64,000 bases of DNA from an uncultured Thiomicrospira sp. (GCA_965195345.1 OZ239628.1:256001-320000), one strand, 5' to 3'. Positions 23,099 through 35,500 are shown, counted from the first letter of the stretch. A program made the numbers and translations. Notes: generated by a model from the sequence alone, not told the origin.

Positions 23099-25795
23099 AT
23101 GGCAGATAGCACATTAAAAATGGCGGCAGATCGGCTAAAAATGGATGTCAAAGATCTTCTTGGTGCTTTGAAAAGCGAGGGTATTGTTATCAGCAAGAAA
23201 GATGACTTAACTCCTGATCAAAAAAGGCAATTGTTGGATTTTTTGAAGAAAAGCCTTTCAGGGGATAATGAAGTTACAGTAACCCGCACACGCAAACAGG
23301 TATTACAAGGGAAGTCAAATGTAAAAGTTGAAGTCAAGCAAGCTCGTAAGGTTGTACGACTAAGAACGGAAGTTAAAAAAGAAGTCAAAAAGGTTGTAAA
23401 GGAAGAAGAGCAGGAAAAACAAGCAGAAAAACCTATTGAGCCCACCGCAATTGCCCAACCTCAAACCAACGATCAAGAACAGCCTTTAATTGAAGCACAA
23501 GCGGATCAAGCGGTTGAGCCTTCATCAATCGAAGCAAGCACAGTTCAAGCGATTGAGCCTCCATCAACCGAAGAAACTACGCAAGCGGCTGAGCCTCCAA
23601 AGCCTGAGCCAGAACTGGAGCAACCAAAAAGCAGAATTAAAAGAGAAGCAGGAATTTCCTTTGTCGAACGCCGTAAAGTAGTTACAAAGCCAATTGAAGC
23701 AAAAATTAAGGCACCAGAGAAAAAGGAAGAAGATACAACAGATGAAGGAAATAAAAAACGCATATCTGCAGGCAAACCACAATCAAAAGCAAAGTTAAAA
23801 ATTGAAACAGGTGCTGAAAAACAAGCTCGGGAAGCCTCTGAAGAAAAAACCAAAAAACGCAGATCAAGTCGTGGAGCGAAAATGGGGGATAAAACCCATG
23901 AGAAGTATCGCAATTTTCTAAACGATACCAACATAGATGATGGTTTAAATGATGGCGATAGGGCAATAAGAAGTGATGGTAAGAAAACAATAAAAGTAAG
24001 CGCCCCCAAGCATGCGTTTACGAAACCACAACAGAAAATAGTTCATAAGGTTGAAATATCTGATGACATTGAAGTTGGTGAGTTGGCGTTTAAAATGGCG
24101 ATGAAAGCATCAGGTGTTATTGCAGAATTGCAAAAGTTGGGCTTAGCAGTAGCCATTGACGAACGCATAGATCAGGACACAGCAGTACTTGTTGTTGAAG
24201 AGCTGGGGCATAAGCCTGTGTTGGTCCAATCCAGAGAGCATGATTTAGCAGCAACCATGGCGACACCTAAGGTGGAGGGCGAAGGGCAAGCGAGATCGCC
24301 AGTAATAACTGTTATGGGGCACGTTGATCATGGGAAAACCACCTTACTTGATACGATTCGAAAAACGAAAGTTGCAGATGGAGAGACTGGCGGAATTACC
24401 CAACAAATGTCGGCATACAAAGTAAGCACTAAAAATGGCATGATTACTTTCGTTGACACTCCAGGACATGCTGCATTCACTGCGATGCGTATGCGTGGTT
24501 CACGTTTCACCGATATTGTTGTTTTAATCGTCGCTGCCGACGATGGCGTAATGCCACAAACACGCGAAATTGTGCAACACGTTAAAGCCGCACAAGTACC
24601 ATTAGTTGTTGCCATAAACAAAATGGACAAACCCGATGCCAATCCAGACAAAGTAATACAAGAGCTCAGTCAACTTGATGTACTATCAGAAGACTGGGGC
24701 GGGCAAGTACCTTTTATTCGGGTAAGCGCAATGACGGGAGAAGGGATTGAGGACTTGCTTGAGAACTTATTACTACAAGCGGAAATTCTTGAGCTTAAAG
24801 CGCAACCCAAAGGCGATGGTAAAGGAACAGTACTCGAGTGTAGATTAGACAAAGGCAAAGGAATTATTTCCAATGTGCTGGTGCAAAGTGGCGAGTTCAA
24901 AGTCGGCGATACAATTTTGTCAAACAAGTCCTTTGGACGCATACGAGCAATGCTTGATGATACAGGTAAGCCTATAAAAAGTGCAGGTCCTTCAACACCA
25001 GTAGAAATTATGGGTTTAACGGAGATGCCACAAGCAGGGGACGAAGTAATCTACGTTAAGAATGATAAACAAGCACGAGAAATGGCACAGTTGCGTCAAA
25101 ATAGGGAAAGAGAAGACCTTTTGCGCAAACAGCAACAAGTTCATTTGGAAAATCTTTTTGCGGATGCAGAAGATGGTGAGAAAAAAATCATCAATCTGAT
25201 TGTAAAAGCAGATACGCATGGATCTCTTGAGGCAATACAAGAAGCAGTGGGCGGGCTTGATAGGGAAGAAGTATCAGTGCAGGTAGTTGGTTCAGGGATT
25301 GGTGGCATTAGAGAATCAGATGCCACATTAGCTATGGCGCACAATGCAATTATTATAGGCTTTAATGTCCGAGCCGACAATTTAGCACGGAAAATAATTG
25401 AAAGAGATAACATCGACATCCATTACTACAGCATAATATATGAAGTCGTTGATCAAATCACTCAAGCAATTGAAGGGCAACTGGCACCAAAAATCGTTGA
25501 AAAAATTGTTGGTATTGCTGAAGTACGCGATGTTTTCAAAGCTTCAAAAATGGGGCAAATTGCAGGTTGTATGGTGGTTGAAGGACTGGTCAAGCGCAAC
25601 AATCCAATTCGAGTACTGAGAAATGAAGTCGTCATTTATGAAGGAATGCTGGAGTCATTGCGACGCATAAAAGAAGATGTATCAGAAGTGCGCAACGGAA
25701 CGGAATGTGGAATAGGCGTCAAAAACTACAACGATGTGAAAGCTGGAGACAAAATTGAAGTATTTGAACGTCAAGAAGTTAAACGTACTTTATAA
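23099..25795 (+). CDS. infB: Translation initiation factor IF-2
   Basis: [34 protein letters not shown]. Confidence 0.98.
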   Translation: MADSTLKMAADRLKMDVKDLLGALKSEGIVISKKDDLTPDQKRQLLDFLKKSLSGDNEVTVTRTRKQVLQGKSNVKVEVKQARKVVRLRTEVKKEVKKVVKEEEQEKQAEKPIEPTAIAQPQTNDQEQPLIEAQADQAVEPSSIEASTVQAIEPPSTEETTQAAEPPKPEPELEQPKSRIKREAGISFVERRKVVTKPIEAKIKAPEKKEEDTTDEGNKKRISAGKPQSKAKLKIETGAEKQAREASEEKTKKRRSSRGAKMGDKTHEKYRNFLNDTNIDDGLNDGDRAIRSDGKKTIKVSAPKHAFTKPQQKIVHKVEISDDIEVGELAFKMAMKASGVIAELQKLGLAVAIDERIDQDTAVLVVEELGHKPVLVQSREHDLAATMATPKVEGEGQARSPVITVMGHVDHGKTTLLDTIRKTKVADGETGGITQQMSAYKVSTKNGMITFVDTPGHAAFTAMRMRGSRFTDIVVLIVAADDGVMPQTREIVQHVKAAQVPLVVAINKMDKPDANPDKVIQELSQLDVLSEDWGGQVPFIRVSAMTGEGIEDLLENLLLQAEILELKAQPKGDGKGTVLECRLDKGKGIISNVLVQSGEFKVGDTILSNKSFGRIRAMLDDTGKPIKSAGPSTPVEIMGLTEMPQAGDEVIYVKNDKQAREMAQLRQNREREDLLRKQQQVHLENLFADAEDGEKKIINLIVKADTHGSLEAIQEAVGGLDREEVSVQVVGSGIGGIRESDATLAMAHNAIIIGFNVRADNLARKIIERDNIDIHYYSIIYEVVDQITQAIEGQLAPKIVEKIVGIAEVRDVFKASKMGQIAGCMVVEGLVKRNNPIRVLRNEVVIYEGMLESLRRIKEDVSEVRNGTECGIGVKNYNDVKAGDKIEVFERQEVKRTL

Positions 25796-25803
25796 GGAGT
25801 CTT

Positions 25804-26148
25804 TTGGTCTCTACTCGGCAGTATAAAATTGCATCAGAAATAACCAGAGTGCTTGCGCAAACATGTTTGCTTAAAGTCTCGGACGAACGTCTTAAACAGA
25901 TACGAGTAAAAGAAACGCGCATGAGTAAGGACTTTAGCCAAGCTATCGTCTATGTTGGAGTTGCTGGATGCGAGGATCAATCAGATGCGCTATCGCACAT
26001 GAAGGCACTGAAAAAGGCAGTACCTTTTTTACGCAAAGTGATTTCTACAGAGTTATCATTACGCATTGTGCCTCGTTTAGACTTCCGTTATGACGTGGTT
26101 GAAAAACACGCACAAGATATAGATAAATTACTCGATACACTGCGTTAA
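25804..26148 (+). CDS. rbfA: Ribosome-binding factor A
   Basis: TTG start with AAGGAG RBS; MSKDFSQAIVYV and LRIVPRLDFRYD; position after infB. Confidence 0.9.
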   Translation: MVSTRQYKIASEITRVLAQTCLLKVSDERLKQIRVKETRMSKDFSQAIVYVGVAGCEDQSDALSHMKALKKAVPFLRKVISTELSLRIVPRLDFRYDVVEKHAQDIDKLLDTLR

Positions 26149-26156
26149 GACCGCTC

Positions 26157-27035
26157 ATGCACGGTATCGTTTTAGTGAATAAGCCGCTCGGCATCACATC
26201 CAATCAAGCTATTCAACGCATTAAAAAAACACTTCATGCTGCAGGAAAAAAAGTAAAAATAGGGCATACTGGCACACTTGACCCCCAAGCAAGTGGCATG
26301 TTAGTAGTATGCTTGGGTGAGGCAACTAAAATCTGTGGTTTTTTGCTTGAAGCAGACAAACATTACACAACCACCATGCGTCTTGGAGTGACCACCGACA
26401 GTGGCGATGCTTCAGGTTTGGTTTTAGAGCGCACACCAATACCAAAATTGAACCAAATAATAGTAGAAAAAGCGCTGCGTCAATTTGAGGGAAGTATTGA
26501 ACAAATTCCACCAATGGTGTCCGCGCTTAAACATGCAGGAAAACCGCTTTATCAATACGCTATAGAAGGAAAGCACATTCAGCGCAAGGCGAGACAAATA
26601 TCCATTCATGCCATTCGGCTATTAGGTTTTTTTGAAGACACCATTAGCATTGATGTTCACTGCTCCAAGGGTACATACATTCGAACATTAGCGGAAGACA
26701 TTGCGATCCAACTTGGGACGGGCGGACACGTTATAAAATTGCACCGTGATTGGAGCGCTCCTTTTACTAACAACGAAATGATCACAATGGAGCAGTTGGA
26801 TACGACAGAATCAATAGAAAAAGCACTATTACCCATTGAAGCAGGTCTGCCAAATACGCCGCAAATTCAGTTAGATGAAGTACAAACAAAACACGTGAAA
26901 CATGGTCGCACGGTTGAAACGCATCACTGCGATTGTAATTTAGTTATAGCACACGAATCAGACGGGACATTGATTGGGCTTGGTCAAATAAAGCAAACCA
27001 TTTTTCATCCAATTCGATTATTCAACATTAAATAA
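26157..27035 (+). CDS. truB: tRNA pseudouridine(55) synthase
   Basis: GHTGTLDP, QIPPMVSALK, CSKGTYIRTLAED. Confidence 0.96.
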   Translation: MHGIVLVNKPLGITSNQAIQRIKKTLHAAGKKVKIGHTGTLDPQASGMLVVCLGEATKICGFLLEADKHYTTTMRLGVTTDSGDASGLVLERTPIPKLNQIIVEKALRQFEGSIEQIPPMVSALKHAGKPLYQYAIEGKHIQRKARQISIHAIRLLGFFEDTISIDVHCSKGTYIRTLAEDIAIQLGTGGHVIKLHRDWSAPFTNNEMITMEQLDTTESIEKALLPIEAGLPNTPQIQLDEVQTKHVKHGRTVETHHCDCNLVIAHESDGTLIGLGQIKQTIFHPIRLFNIK

Positions 27036-27055
27036 CAAAAAAAACGGATCAACGA

Positions 27056-27319
27056 TCAAACGCTATCGCTTTGATTCAAATGAAAAGCAATCGCCAATTT
27101 CACTTGATCTTGACTATTGGATACCACAATCGATGGATGATAAATCCAATCATGCAAAGCCATATCATCAAGTAGTAAAATGCGTTGAAATGCTTTCTGC
27201 TCGATAATAGAAGCACTTATATAATGATTAGATAAGTATGAGGTAGTTAAGGTATCGAGCTCTTTGGTACCTCGACGACACAAATGGCGTAATTTTTTTT
27301 CAATCACAAAATAAAGCAA
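27056..27319 (-). CDS. sdhE: Succinate dehydrogenase flavinylation factor SdhE (start may be GTG at 27307)
   Basis: LRHLCRRGTKELD (RGxxE motif), FQRILLLDD..LHDW. Confidence 0.8.
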   Translation of the reverse strand: MLYFVIEKKLRHLCRRGTKELDTLTTSYLSNHYISASIIEQKAFQRILLLDDMALHDWIYHPSIVVSNSQDQVKLAIAFHLNQSDSV

Positions 27320-27332
27320 TAGGAACTAAAAG

Positions 27333-28982
27333 ATGCACAACATTATACTAACATTTGCATTACTAACAGCATCTGTATTAGCCTCTGCTAATCAAGCGGG
27401 CATAGCCACTGCACACCCACAGGCGACAAAGGCAGGAGCAGACATAATAAACAATGGAGGCAATGCATTTGATGCAGCAGTTGCAATCACTGCAGCACTT
27501 GGAGTGGTTGAACCGTACTCTTCAGGCATTGGCGGAGGGGGATTTTATTTGATGTATCTAAGCAAAGAAAAGCGAACCATATTTTTAGATGCCCGTGAGC
27601 GCGCGCCATTTGCAGGGCATTCAGACATGTATCTTGATGATCAGAAGAACGTAATAGCAGGCAGTTCCGTTAATGGTCCGTTAGCTGCTGGCATTCCTGG
27701 CATTCCCGCAGCACTTGATTATTTAAGTAAAAAATACGGCAAGAATACATTAGCTGAAAACCTCGCATCAAGCATTGAATTAGCGGAAAAAGGGTTTAAC
27801 GTTGATGAGATTTACCGTAGGCTTGCTGAATTTAGATTACCGGTTTTAACACAATACCCGCATTCCAATAATTTATTTTTAATCAATGGTAAAGTGCCTC
27901 AAAAAGGAGCACTCATCAAACAACAAGAGCTTGCAAATACTTTACGCCATTTGGCACGCAATGGCAGAGATGGATTTTATAAAGGGGAAGTAGCCGCTGA
28001 ATTGATCAAAAGTGTTAAACAAAACGGTGGGATCTGGCAGCAACGCGATCTGGATTCGTACGTGCTTGTTGAGCGCAGTCCAATTACATTGAAAATGGAC
28101 GCTGGAACATTATACAGTGCGCCACCGCCTTCCTCAGGTGGTGTAGCGATTGTGCAGATTTTGCAACAATTAAAAGAATTGGATGCACAAGGAAAAAGCA
28201 AACAGCAGCAACAGCATTTGTTAATTGAAACTATGAGACGGTCTTACAGAGACAGGGCAATTTATCTTGGAGATACTGACTTCGTGAAAGTCCCTCTTAA
28301 TAAGCTATTGAGTCAGAACTATGCTGCAGGGCTTGCCGCTTCAATAAATCCTGAAAAAGCATCTAAAAGCACTTGGTTTTCTGCCAAACGTGACGGAGCA
28401 GGAGGAAACCACACCACACACTTTTCCGTTGTTGATAAGCAAGGCAATATCATTTCGGCAACGTTATCAATCAACTATCCCTTTGGCAGTGGTTTCGTTG
28501 CAGGAAATACAGGCGTTCTTCTTAACGATGAGATGGATGACTTTGTCGCCAAACCAGACGTTCCTAATGTTTACGGGTTGGTCGGAGGAAAAGCCAATGC
28601 CATAGAAGGAGGAAAAAGGATGCTTTCTTCAATGAGCCCAAGCATACTCGTTCAACCAAATAGGACAGTGGTGCTGGGAACACCAGGAGGCAGTCGAATT
28701 ATTACAATGGTGCTGAATGGGTTGCTTTTAGCGATGCAAGGAGCGAGTGCTAAAGAAATTGTAGAGGAAAAAAGAATTCACCATCAGTTTTTGCCAGACA
28801 CTGTATTTTTTGAAAAAGACGTGTTTAATAAAGAGGAAGAAAAGTATTTGAAAGACAAAGGACACGTTTTGCAAATGAATAATGCTTGGGGAAACATGCA
28901 AACAGTCATTGTCTATAACAATGGGAAAACAAACGCAGCAAGCGACTCTAGAGGGATCGGTACAGTATGGACAAGCCCTTAA
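27333..28982 (+). CDS. ggt: Gamma-glutamyltransferase
   Basis: Signal peptide; GGNAFDAAVA, SGIGGGGF, TTHFSVVD (autocleavage Thr), LNDEMDDF, SSMSP, GTPGGSRI. Confidence 0.96.
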   Translation: MHNIILTFALLTASVLASANQAGIATAHPQATKAGADIINNGGNAFDAAVAITAALGVVEPYSSGIGGGGFYLMYLSKEKRTIFLDARERAPFAGHSDMYLDDQKNVIAGSSVNGPLAAGIPGIPAALDYLSKKYGKNTLAENLASSIELAEKGFNVDEIYRRLAEFRLPVLTQYPHSNNLFLINGKVPQKGALIKQQELANTLRHLARNGRDGFYKGEVAAELIKSVKQNGGIWQQRDLDSYVLVERSPITLKMDAGTLYSAPPPSSGGVAIVQILQQLKELDAQGKSKQQQQHLLIETMRRSYRDRAIYLGDTDFVKVPLNKLLSQNYAAGLAASINPEKASKSTWFSAKRDGAGGNHTTHFSVVDKQGNIISATLSINYPFGSGFVAGNTGVLLNDEMDDFVAKPDVPNVYGLVGGKANAIEGGKRMLSSMSPSILVQPNRTVVLGTPGGSRIITMVLNGLLLAMQGASAKEIVEEKRIHHQFLPDTVFFEKDVFNKEEEKYLKDKGHVLQMNNAWGNMQTVIVYNNGKTNAASDSRGIGTVWTSP

Positions 28983-29299
28983 ATTAGGCAATACTCTGTG
29001 AAAAAAGACTTTTTTAAATAGTCATACTTCCTTTTCCAAGCACATAGGTGCGCAATCAACTGCGCGCGTGTAGAATCTCAACCTTAATTTCATGGTCTTT
29101 TTTAAAGCATTGATGCCGCTTTTACCTATCAAATATTGCCTTCTTCGTATCACTCTTTGCCGGCATATCGTCTTAAGATATTCTACTTTTATTTGCCTTA
29201 ATGTAAGAGGTATGGGTAAGGGAAAATGCTTTATAAAAAGCATCAAATGCAAAATATATATTTACATATATCAATCGCTTAATAGGTGTTATAAAAAAA

Positions 29300-29329
29300 A
29301 AGACATTAAGTTTAAACGTGCTGTATAAT
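29300..29329 (+). promoter_or_regulatory. Candidate sigma70 promoter for the giant gene
   Basis: AAGACA-N18-TATAAT with an A9 tract (29293-29301) at its upstream edge; would give a ~220-nt leader. Confidence 0.35.
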
Positions 29330-29555
29330 GAGATTTATTAGTGGCAGTGTTTTTAAGGTGGGTTGATGAAGTACGTTGATGCAAAGCTCCGTGTAAAGAG
29401 AAAATGCTCAGAAGGTAAGTATTGGAGTCAAACGTATAACCTACTAAACTCAGCAACTATGCGAGTTCAATTTAAGTAGACAGCGAGGATTTAATCCATT
29501 GGGTCAATAGATTGGAACAATTGAGTTGAAGAATTATTAGGAATAACAAGCAGGT

Positions 29556-32500
29556 ATGATTTTGCGCAAATTTGGCGATTTTCTCAAAAAAACATTGCAA
29601 AGCAGCATTGTTCTTTTTGTTGTCGCTTTTTATTCGCCCATAACCAACGCTAATCCGCCCGGCGCCTTTTATCTTGATTTAACAACCATCGAAGACAGTG
29701 CGGCATTTCCTATTTCGCATGGGCCATCTGGGACAAATAGTAGCTCCGGTGGAGGAACTCCAACATATTCTGTTAGCACAACCAATTTTGGCTTCGGAAC
29801 GGTTTCAATCAATAGCGCCAACGGAACGCTACTATTTGCTCGAGTGCCCGGTGGCTTTGGTGGACCAGTACCCATAACCGTAACGATATCCGATTTAAAT
29901 GGTACGGGAACGACTGTTCTCAACTATACAGTCACTGAAACCGAATATGTTCCAACGAGTCCAGTATTTACGATAAATTCTGCAGTCACAGATCTTAACG
30001 GTGTCTCTATCGGGTCTGCGGTGGGTTTGCTACAAGATGATGTTATTGAGCTCCGTGTTGGAAGCTCTATGACCAGATATGTAGTATTACAAAGTGCTAC
30101 TGGTGGCACTGCCAACGATGGGGAGAGTTCTAATTGGCCATCATCTCTTGCCAGCGCCTTTAATCTTGAGAATGGCGCTGGTGTTTTAGTGGGAGAATGT
30201 TCGCTAGGAGGGATTACTATACCTTCGGTATCGATACCTAATTCTTCTGCAATAAGCAGAACGCTTGATGACGAGTGTACATCCGGAGCAAATATCCCCA
30301 TTACAAGCACCTTCCAAAACGTTGTGCGTATAAACCGCAACGGTCCTATACCTTTAACTGCACCAATTTCCCTTACTTTATACCGCGCTCCACCGCTCGC
30401 TGTTTCAACGAACTCGGTGTCAGCAGATGCAGATTTCGGACTACCGATTGTTATTAATGCAACTGCCACTCGGGAAACCACTTCTTCTGCCAGTATTGGA
30501 CCCAGAATAGCATACACCGTCTCACAATCAGTACCAGGTGTTGTTGCGGTTACTTTTACAACAGGACAAATAATACTAACGTCCATACCTAATGCATTTG
30601 GTCAAACAACGCTTACTGTAGTAGCCGCAGGGGGCGGAGGTCTGCTTAGCACAACTGAGACAATTGCAGTTGCAATCGCAAGAATTAACGACCCACCAAC
30701 GATTGAAGTATCAACCAATGCGCTCACGCTGACTGAAGACTTTAGTCCGAATTTTGTCATTAACGTCACGGCAACCGACACGGAAGATGTGACACCAAAT
30801 TTTAGTGTTGTAGCATCCACAGATAGTATTGTCACATTTACGACATCACAAAACACGATCCAATTATCACCAGTTCTTAACGCTAATGGCGTGGTGACGC
30901 TGAGCATTTCTGTAGCTGACTCGTCTAATGTGATTACGACAACGCAAATAGTGGTGACGGTGCTTGAAGACAATGCACTATCGTTCAGACTGTCAACAAA
31001 TCAGCTTGTTATAAGTGAGAACGAAACGGACAGATTACAAAAAATAATTCTTTTCACAGATTTGGATATTCCACCCTCACAAATTCCCTCCCTCGGGTTA
31101 ACTGAGTTGACTGTGAGCATTACGGAGCGTGTAATTTCAGGGGACAACATATTTTCGACGAACCCAATATCAATTGCTACCTTTAGTAGCCGTAATCGTT
31201 CTACAATCTCTTTTATTGTTAGCGGTACTAATCTAATGGATTTAGCAGCCAGATCGGCTGTTTACTATATACAGAGACCAGACTCAGTGGGTGTTGGTGA
31301 AATTTCAGTTTCTATGCGCATTGAAAACGCTGGGACTGTTTTTACAGCTGTTGATACAATTGCTATTACAGTGGTGCCCGCCAACCATCCTCCAGTAATA
31401 ATACCACGTATTAGTGACTCATCAGGTTCCGTAGTTTCTGGAGGCGCTTTTTTCTATTACACAAGTACAGAGAACACGATAGAAGCGCATGCAAATAGAG
31501 TGGCGAACATAGCATCACCCGCCCGAGGATATTTGGGATTTTTCGAGACAGATGTGCAACGCACACAGGTAGAGTCTGTACGCCCAATTGCAAATAATAA
31601 TAATGAAATATTGGGAGTCGCTTCAACGGTAGTTGCCGGTTTAGGTGCAGGAGACGAAGCTTTTTATATCTTAAACAGCACACTGTTGACACGTTTTGGT
31701 GCATCTGGAGGAAGTTCAGGTACTACCGTCCCCGCTGCTGACGCATACGATATTGTCACGGCAATAGGTGTTGCGGCAGGTACCGCTTTGGGGAATGAGT
31801 ACTTACGGCGTGATGATACTGGCATCAGTTTTTTAAATGTGAGCTCAGGCCTTACAGATAGGGCTTTGTATCAGTTTAACGAAGGATTGGCATCGACCAA
31901 CTTAATCACTGTCGTTGCATTTGGAAACACGACCGCTACTAATTTCGTAACGCTAACAGGTTATGATTTAGATGGGACAGATGCTTTAGCATGGAGCGCT
32001 ACAGGAGCCGCTGGATCAGTGGGGCAACTTAACATAAACGTAGTGAATCAGACAAGAGGCGTGGAAGATGTAAGTTTGGACTTTATTCCTCCTGATGGGT
32101 TTTTGGGCAATTCCACTTTTGTAATAACGTTAAACGACGGAACCGGTAATAGCACAGTAACATCAGTCGTTGTATCAGTAGTTGAAGCCCCACCCACTTT
32201 TACCCTGACTACTTCAGCTGTAGTTGTTCCTGAAAATGCTACCGCACGGCAAACAATTGCTATCACTAATGTGGGAGTTGCTAATGGAGCTTCTGTAACG
32301 TTTAGTGTCACAACAGCAGGTGACTCTATTTTCAGTGGTGATCCTGCGCCAGCAGTGTCTTTCGACGACTTAGTGCAAGTGTCATCTGTGGTTAATGCGG
32401 CAACGACTGGTACCGCCAATTTGTATTACACACTAAGTCCCGACTCAACAGGAATAGGACAAATCATAATTACCTTAACGGAAAGTAATTCTGGGAGAGC

Positions 32501-35500
32501 GTATAGCCAGACGGTAACGGTAACGGTGGAATCAATTAACCATACACCAGTCATCACGCAATATTTTGCGGACCACCAGTTTATCGATAGAGGAATAATT
32601 CGTGCACAAGTGGTTGGCGGCGATTTATTCGCTGCACGTGGAGAATATACAGGGGTGAGTGCTACAACGGCAACCGATGGTACGGGCAGCTATCAAGAGC
32701 AATTGGATTTTGCTCGGTCACTTGGTGGAACTTTGGTTGAATTTGATTCTATAGAAGTATACAACGCACTGTTTGGCAATATTTTAACATCCGACACAAG
32801 ATCAGTACCTCTACCAGGGGCGGACATCGATAATGATCGCTTTTGGATAGGTGTAACGGCTGCACCTGATAGGTTTGGTGATCCAACATTTCCACGAGTA
32901 GCTGGTGATAGACTCTTTTATCACTTAACGGGGCAATTGCTATCAAACGGATTTGATGCTGACCGAGTAGAAGTCCCAGGTGTTTACATTGGTTGGGGTG
33001 TTAATTCTCCAGCTGAAGTGGGTGGTAATATTTGTGTTGATCTGATTATAGTACCGGTGTCCGGTTTTGATCCATGGGCGTCTGATACTTGCATCGCAGG
33101 CGCAGGAGGCTTTGTTGTTTTTGGTCTGCTTAAAGCGGTTATGCAATTTCCAGATGGTTTAGCTTCGACTTCGCTTGTGAGCGTAAGAGCACAAGTAAAT
33201 TCAACTGTAACCGTAAACATTAGTGGTTATGATTTAGACGGGGCAGACTCTCCACTTAGCTGGACAGTCAGCGCTGGACCTGAACTTCAGAGTGTAGCTC
33301 AGGATATAACCACCAGTAACGTTGACGTCCAAGCTGGTGCTGAAACATTAAGGGTGGTGTTCCCTCTACCGCTTAATTTTGTTGGGCGAACTACATTAAC
33401 AGTGACATTGAACGATGGATTACTTACTACCAGTGCCCAAATAACAGTGTTGGTTGAAAATGACCCACCAACGATTGATGTATCAACCAATCTGATTACG
33501 TTGAATGAAGACTTTAGTCCGAATTTTGTGATCAATGTGACGGCAACCGACAGGGAAGATGGGGTATTGGCTTTTAGTGTGAGCACAGGAGGATCCGTTG
33601 TAACGCTGTCTCAGATAACAACCGATAGCATCACATTATCTGCAATCCCCAATGCGAATGGCACTGTGACATTGACGTTCACAGCAACGGACAGTATTGC
33701 ATTGGCAGCAACGACTGAAGTTGTTGTGACAGTTAATCCCATTAACGACCCACCAACGATTGAAGTATCAACCAATCTGATTACGTTGAATGAAGACTTT
33801 AGTCCGAATTTTGTCATTAACGTCACGGCAACGGATACAGAAGATGGAGTATTGACTTTTAGTGTGAGCACAGGAGGATCCGTTGTAACGCTGTCGCAGA
33901 TAACAACCGATAGCATCACATTATCTGCAATCCCCAATGCAAGTGGCATTGTGACATTGACGCTCACAGCAACGGACAGTGGTGTATTGACAGCAACGAC
34001 GGAAGTTGTTGTGACAGTTAATTCCATTAACGACCCACCAACGATTGATGTATCAACCAATGCGCTTACGTTAAATGAAGACTTTAGTCCGAATTTTGTC
34101 ATTAACGTCACGGCAACGGATACAGAGGATGGGGTATTGGCTTTTAGTGTGAGCACAGGAGGATCCGTTGTAACGCTGTCGCAGATAACAACCAATAGCA
34201 TCACATTATCTGCAATCCCCAATGTAAGTGGCATTGTGACATTAACGCTCACAGCAACGGACAGTGGTGGATCGGCAGCAACGACGGAAGTTGTTGTGAC
34301 AGTTAATCCCTTTAACGACCCACCAACGATTGAAGTATCAACCAATCTGATTACGTTGAATGAAGACTTTAGTCCGAATTTTGTCATTAACGTCACGGCA
34401 ACGGATACAGAGGATGGGGTATTGGCTTTTAGTGTGAGCACAGGAGGATCCGTTGTAACGCTGTCGCAGATAACAAGCAATAGTATCACATTATCTGCGA
34501 TACCCAATGCGAATGGCATTGTGACATTGACACTCACAACAACGGACAATCTTGGATTTACGACAACGGCGCAAGTTGTCGTGACAGTTAATCCCATTAA
34601 CGACCCACCAACGATTGAAGTATCAACCAATACGCTTACGTTGGATGAAGACTTTAGTCCGAATTTTGTCATTAACGTCACGGCAACGGATACAGAGGAT
34701 GGAGTATTGGCTTTTAGTGTGAGCACAGGAGGATCCGTTGTAACGCTGTCGCAGATAACAACCGATAGCATCACATTATCTGCAATCCCCAATGCAAGTG
34801 GCATTGTGACATTGACGCTCACAGCAACGGACAGTGGTGTATTGACAGCAACGACGGAAGTTGTTGTGACAGTTAATTCCATTAACGACCCACCAACGAT
34901 TGATGTATCAACCAATGCGCTTACGTTAAATGAAGACTTTAGTCCGAATTTTGTCATTAACGTCACGGCAACGGATACAGAGGATGGGGTATTGGCTTTT
35001 AGTGTGAGCACAGGAGGATCCGTTGTAACGCTGTCGCAGATAACAACCAATAGCATCACATTATCTGCAATCCCCAATGTAAGTGGCATTGTGACATTAA
35101 CGCTCACAGCAACGGACAGTGGTGGATCGGCAGCAACGACGGAAGTTGTTGTGACAGTTAATCCCTTTAACGACCCACCAACGATTGAAGTATCAACCAA
35201 TCTGATTACGTTGAATGAAGACTTTAGTCCGAATTTTGTCATTAACGTCACGGCAACGGATACAGAAGATGGAGTATTGGCTTTTAGTGTGAGCACAGGA
35301 GGATCCGTTGTAACGCTGTCCCAGATAACAAGCAATAGTATCACATTATCTGCGATACCCAATGCGAATGGCATTGTGACATTGACACTCACAACAACGG
35401 ACAATCTTGGATTTACGACAACGGCGCAAGTTGTCGTGACAGTTAATCCCATTAACGACCCACCAACGATTGAAGTATCAACCAATACGCTTACGTTGGA

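Noticed and set aside
29375-29435. c-di-GMP-I riboswitch-like fragment (GATGCAAAGCTCCG...TGGAGTC) in the leader
   Set aside because: The P2 stem with GNRA tetraloop and the upstream GGCAAAC are not recognisable. An Infernal search would be needed.
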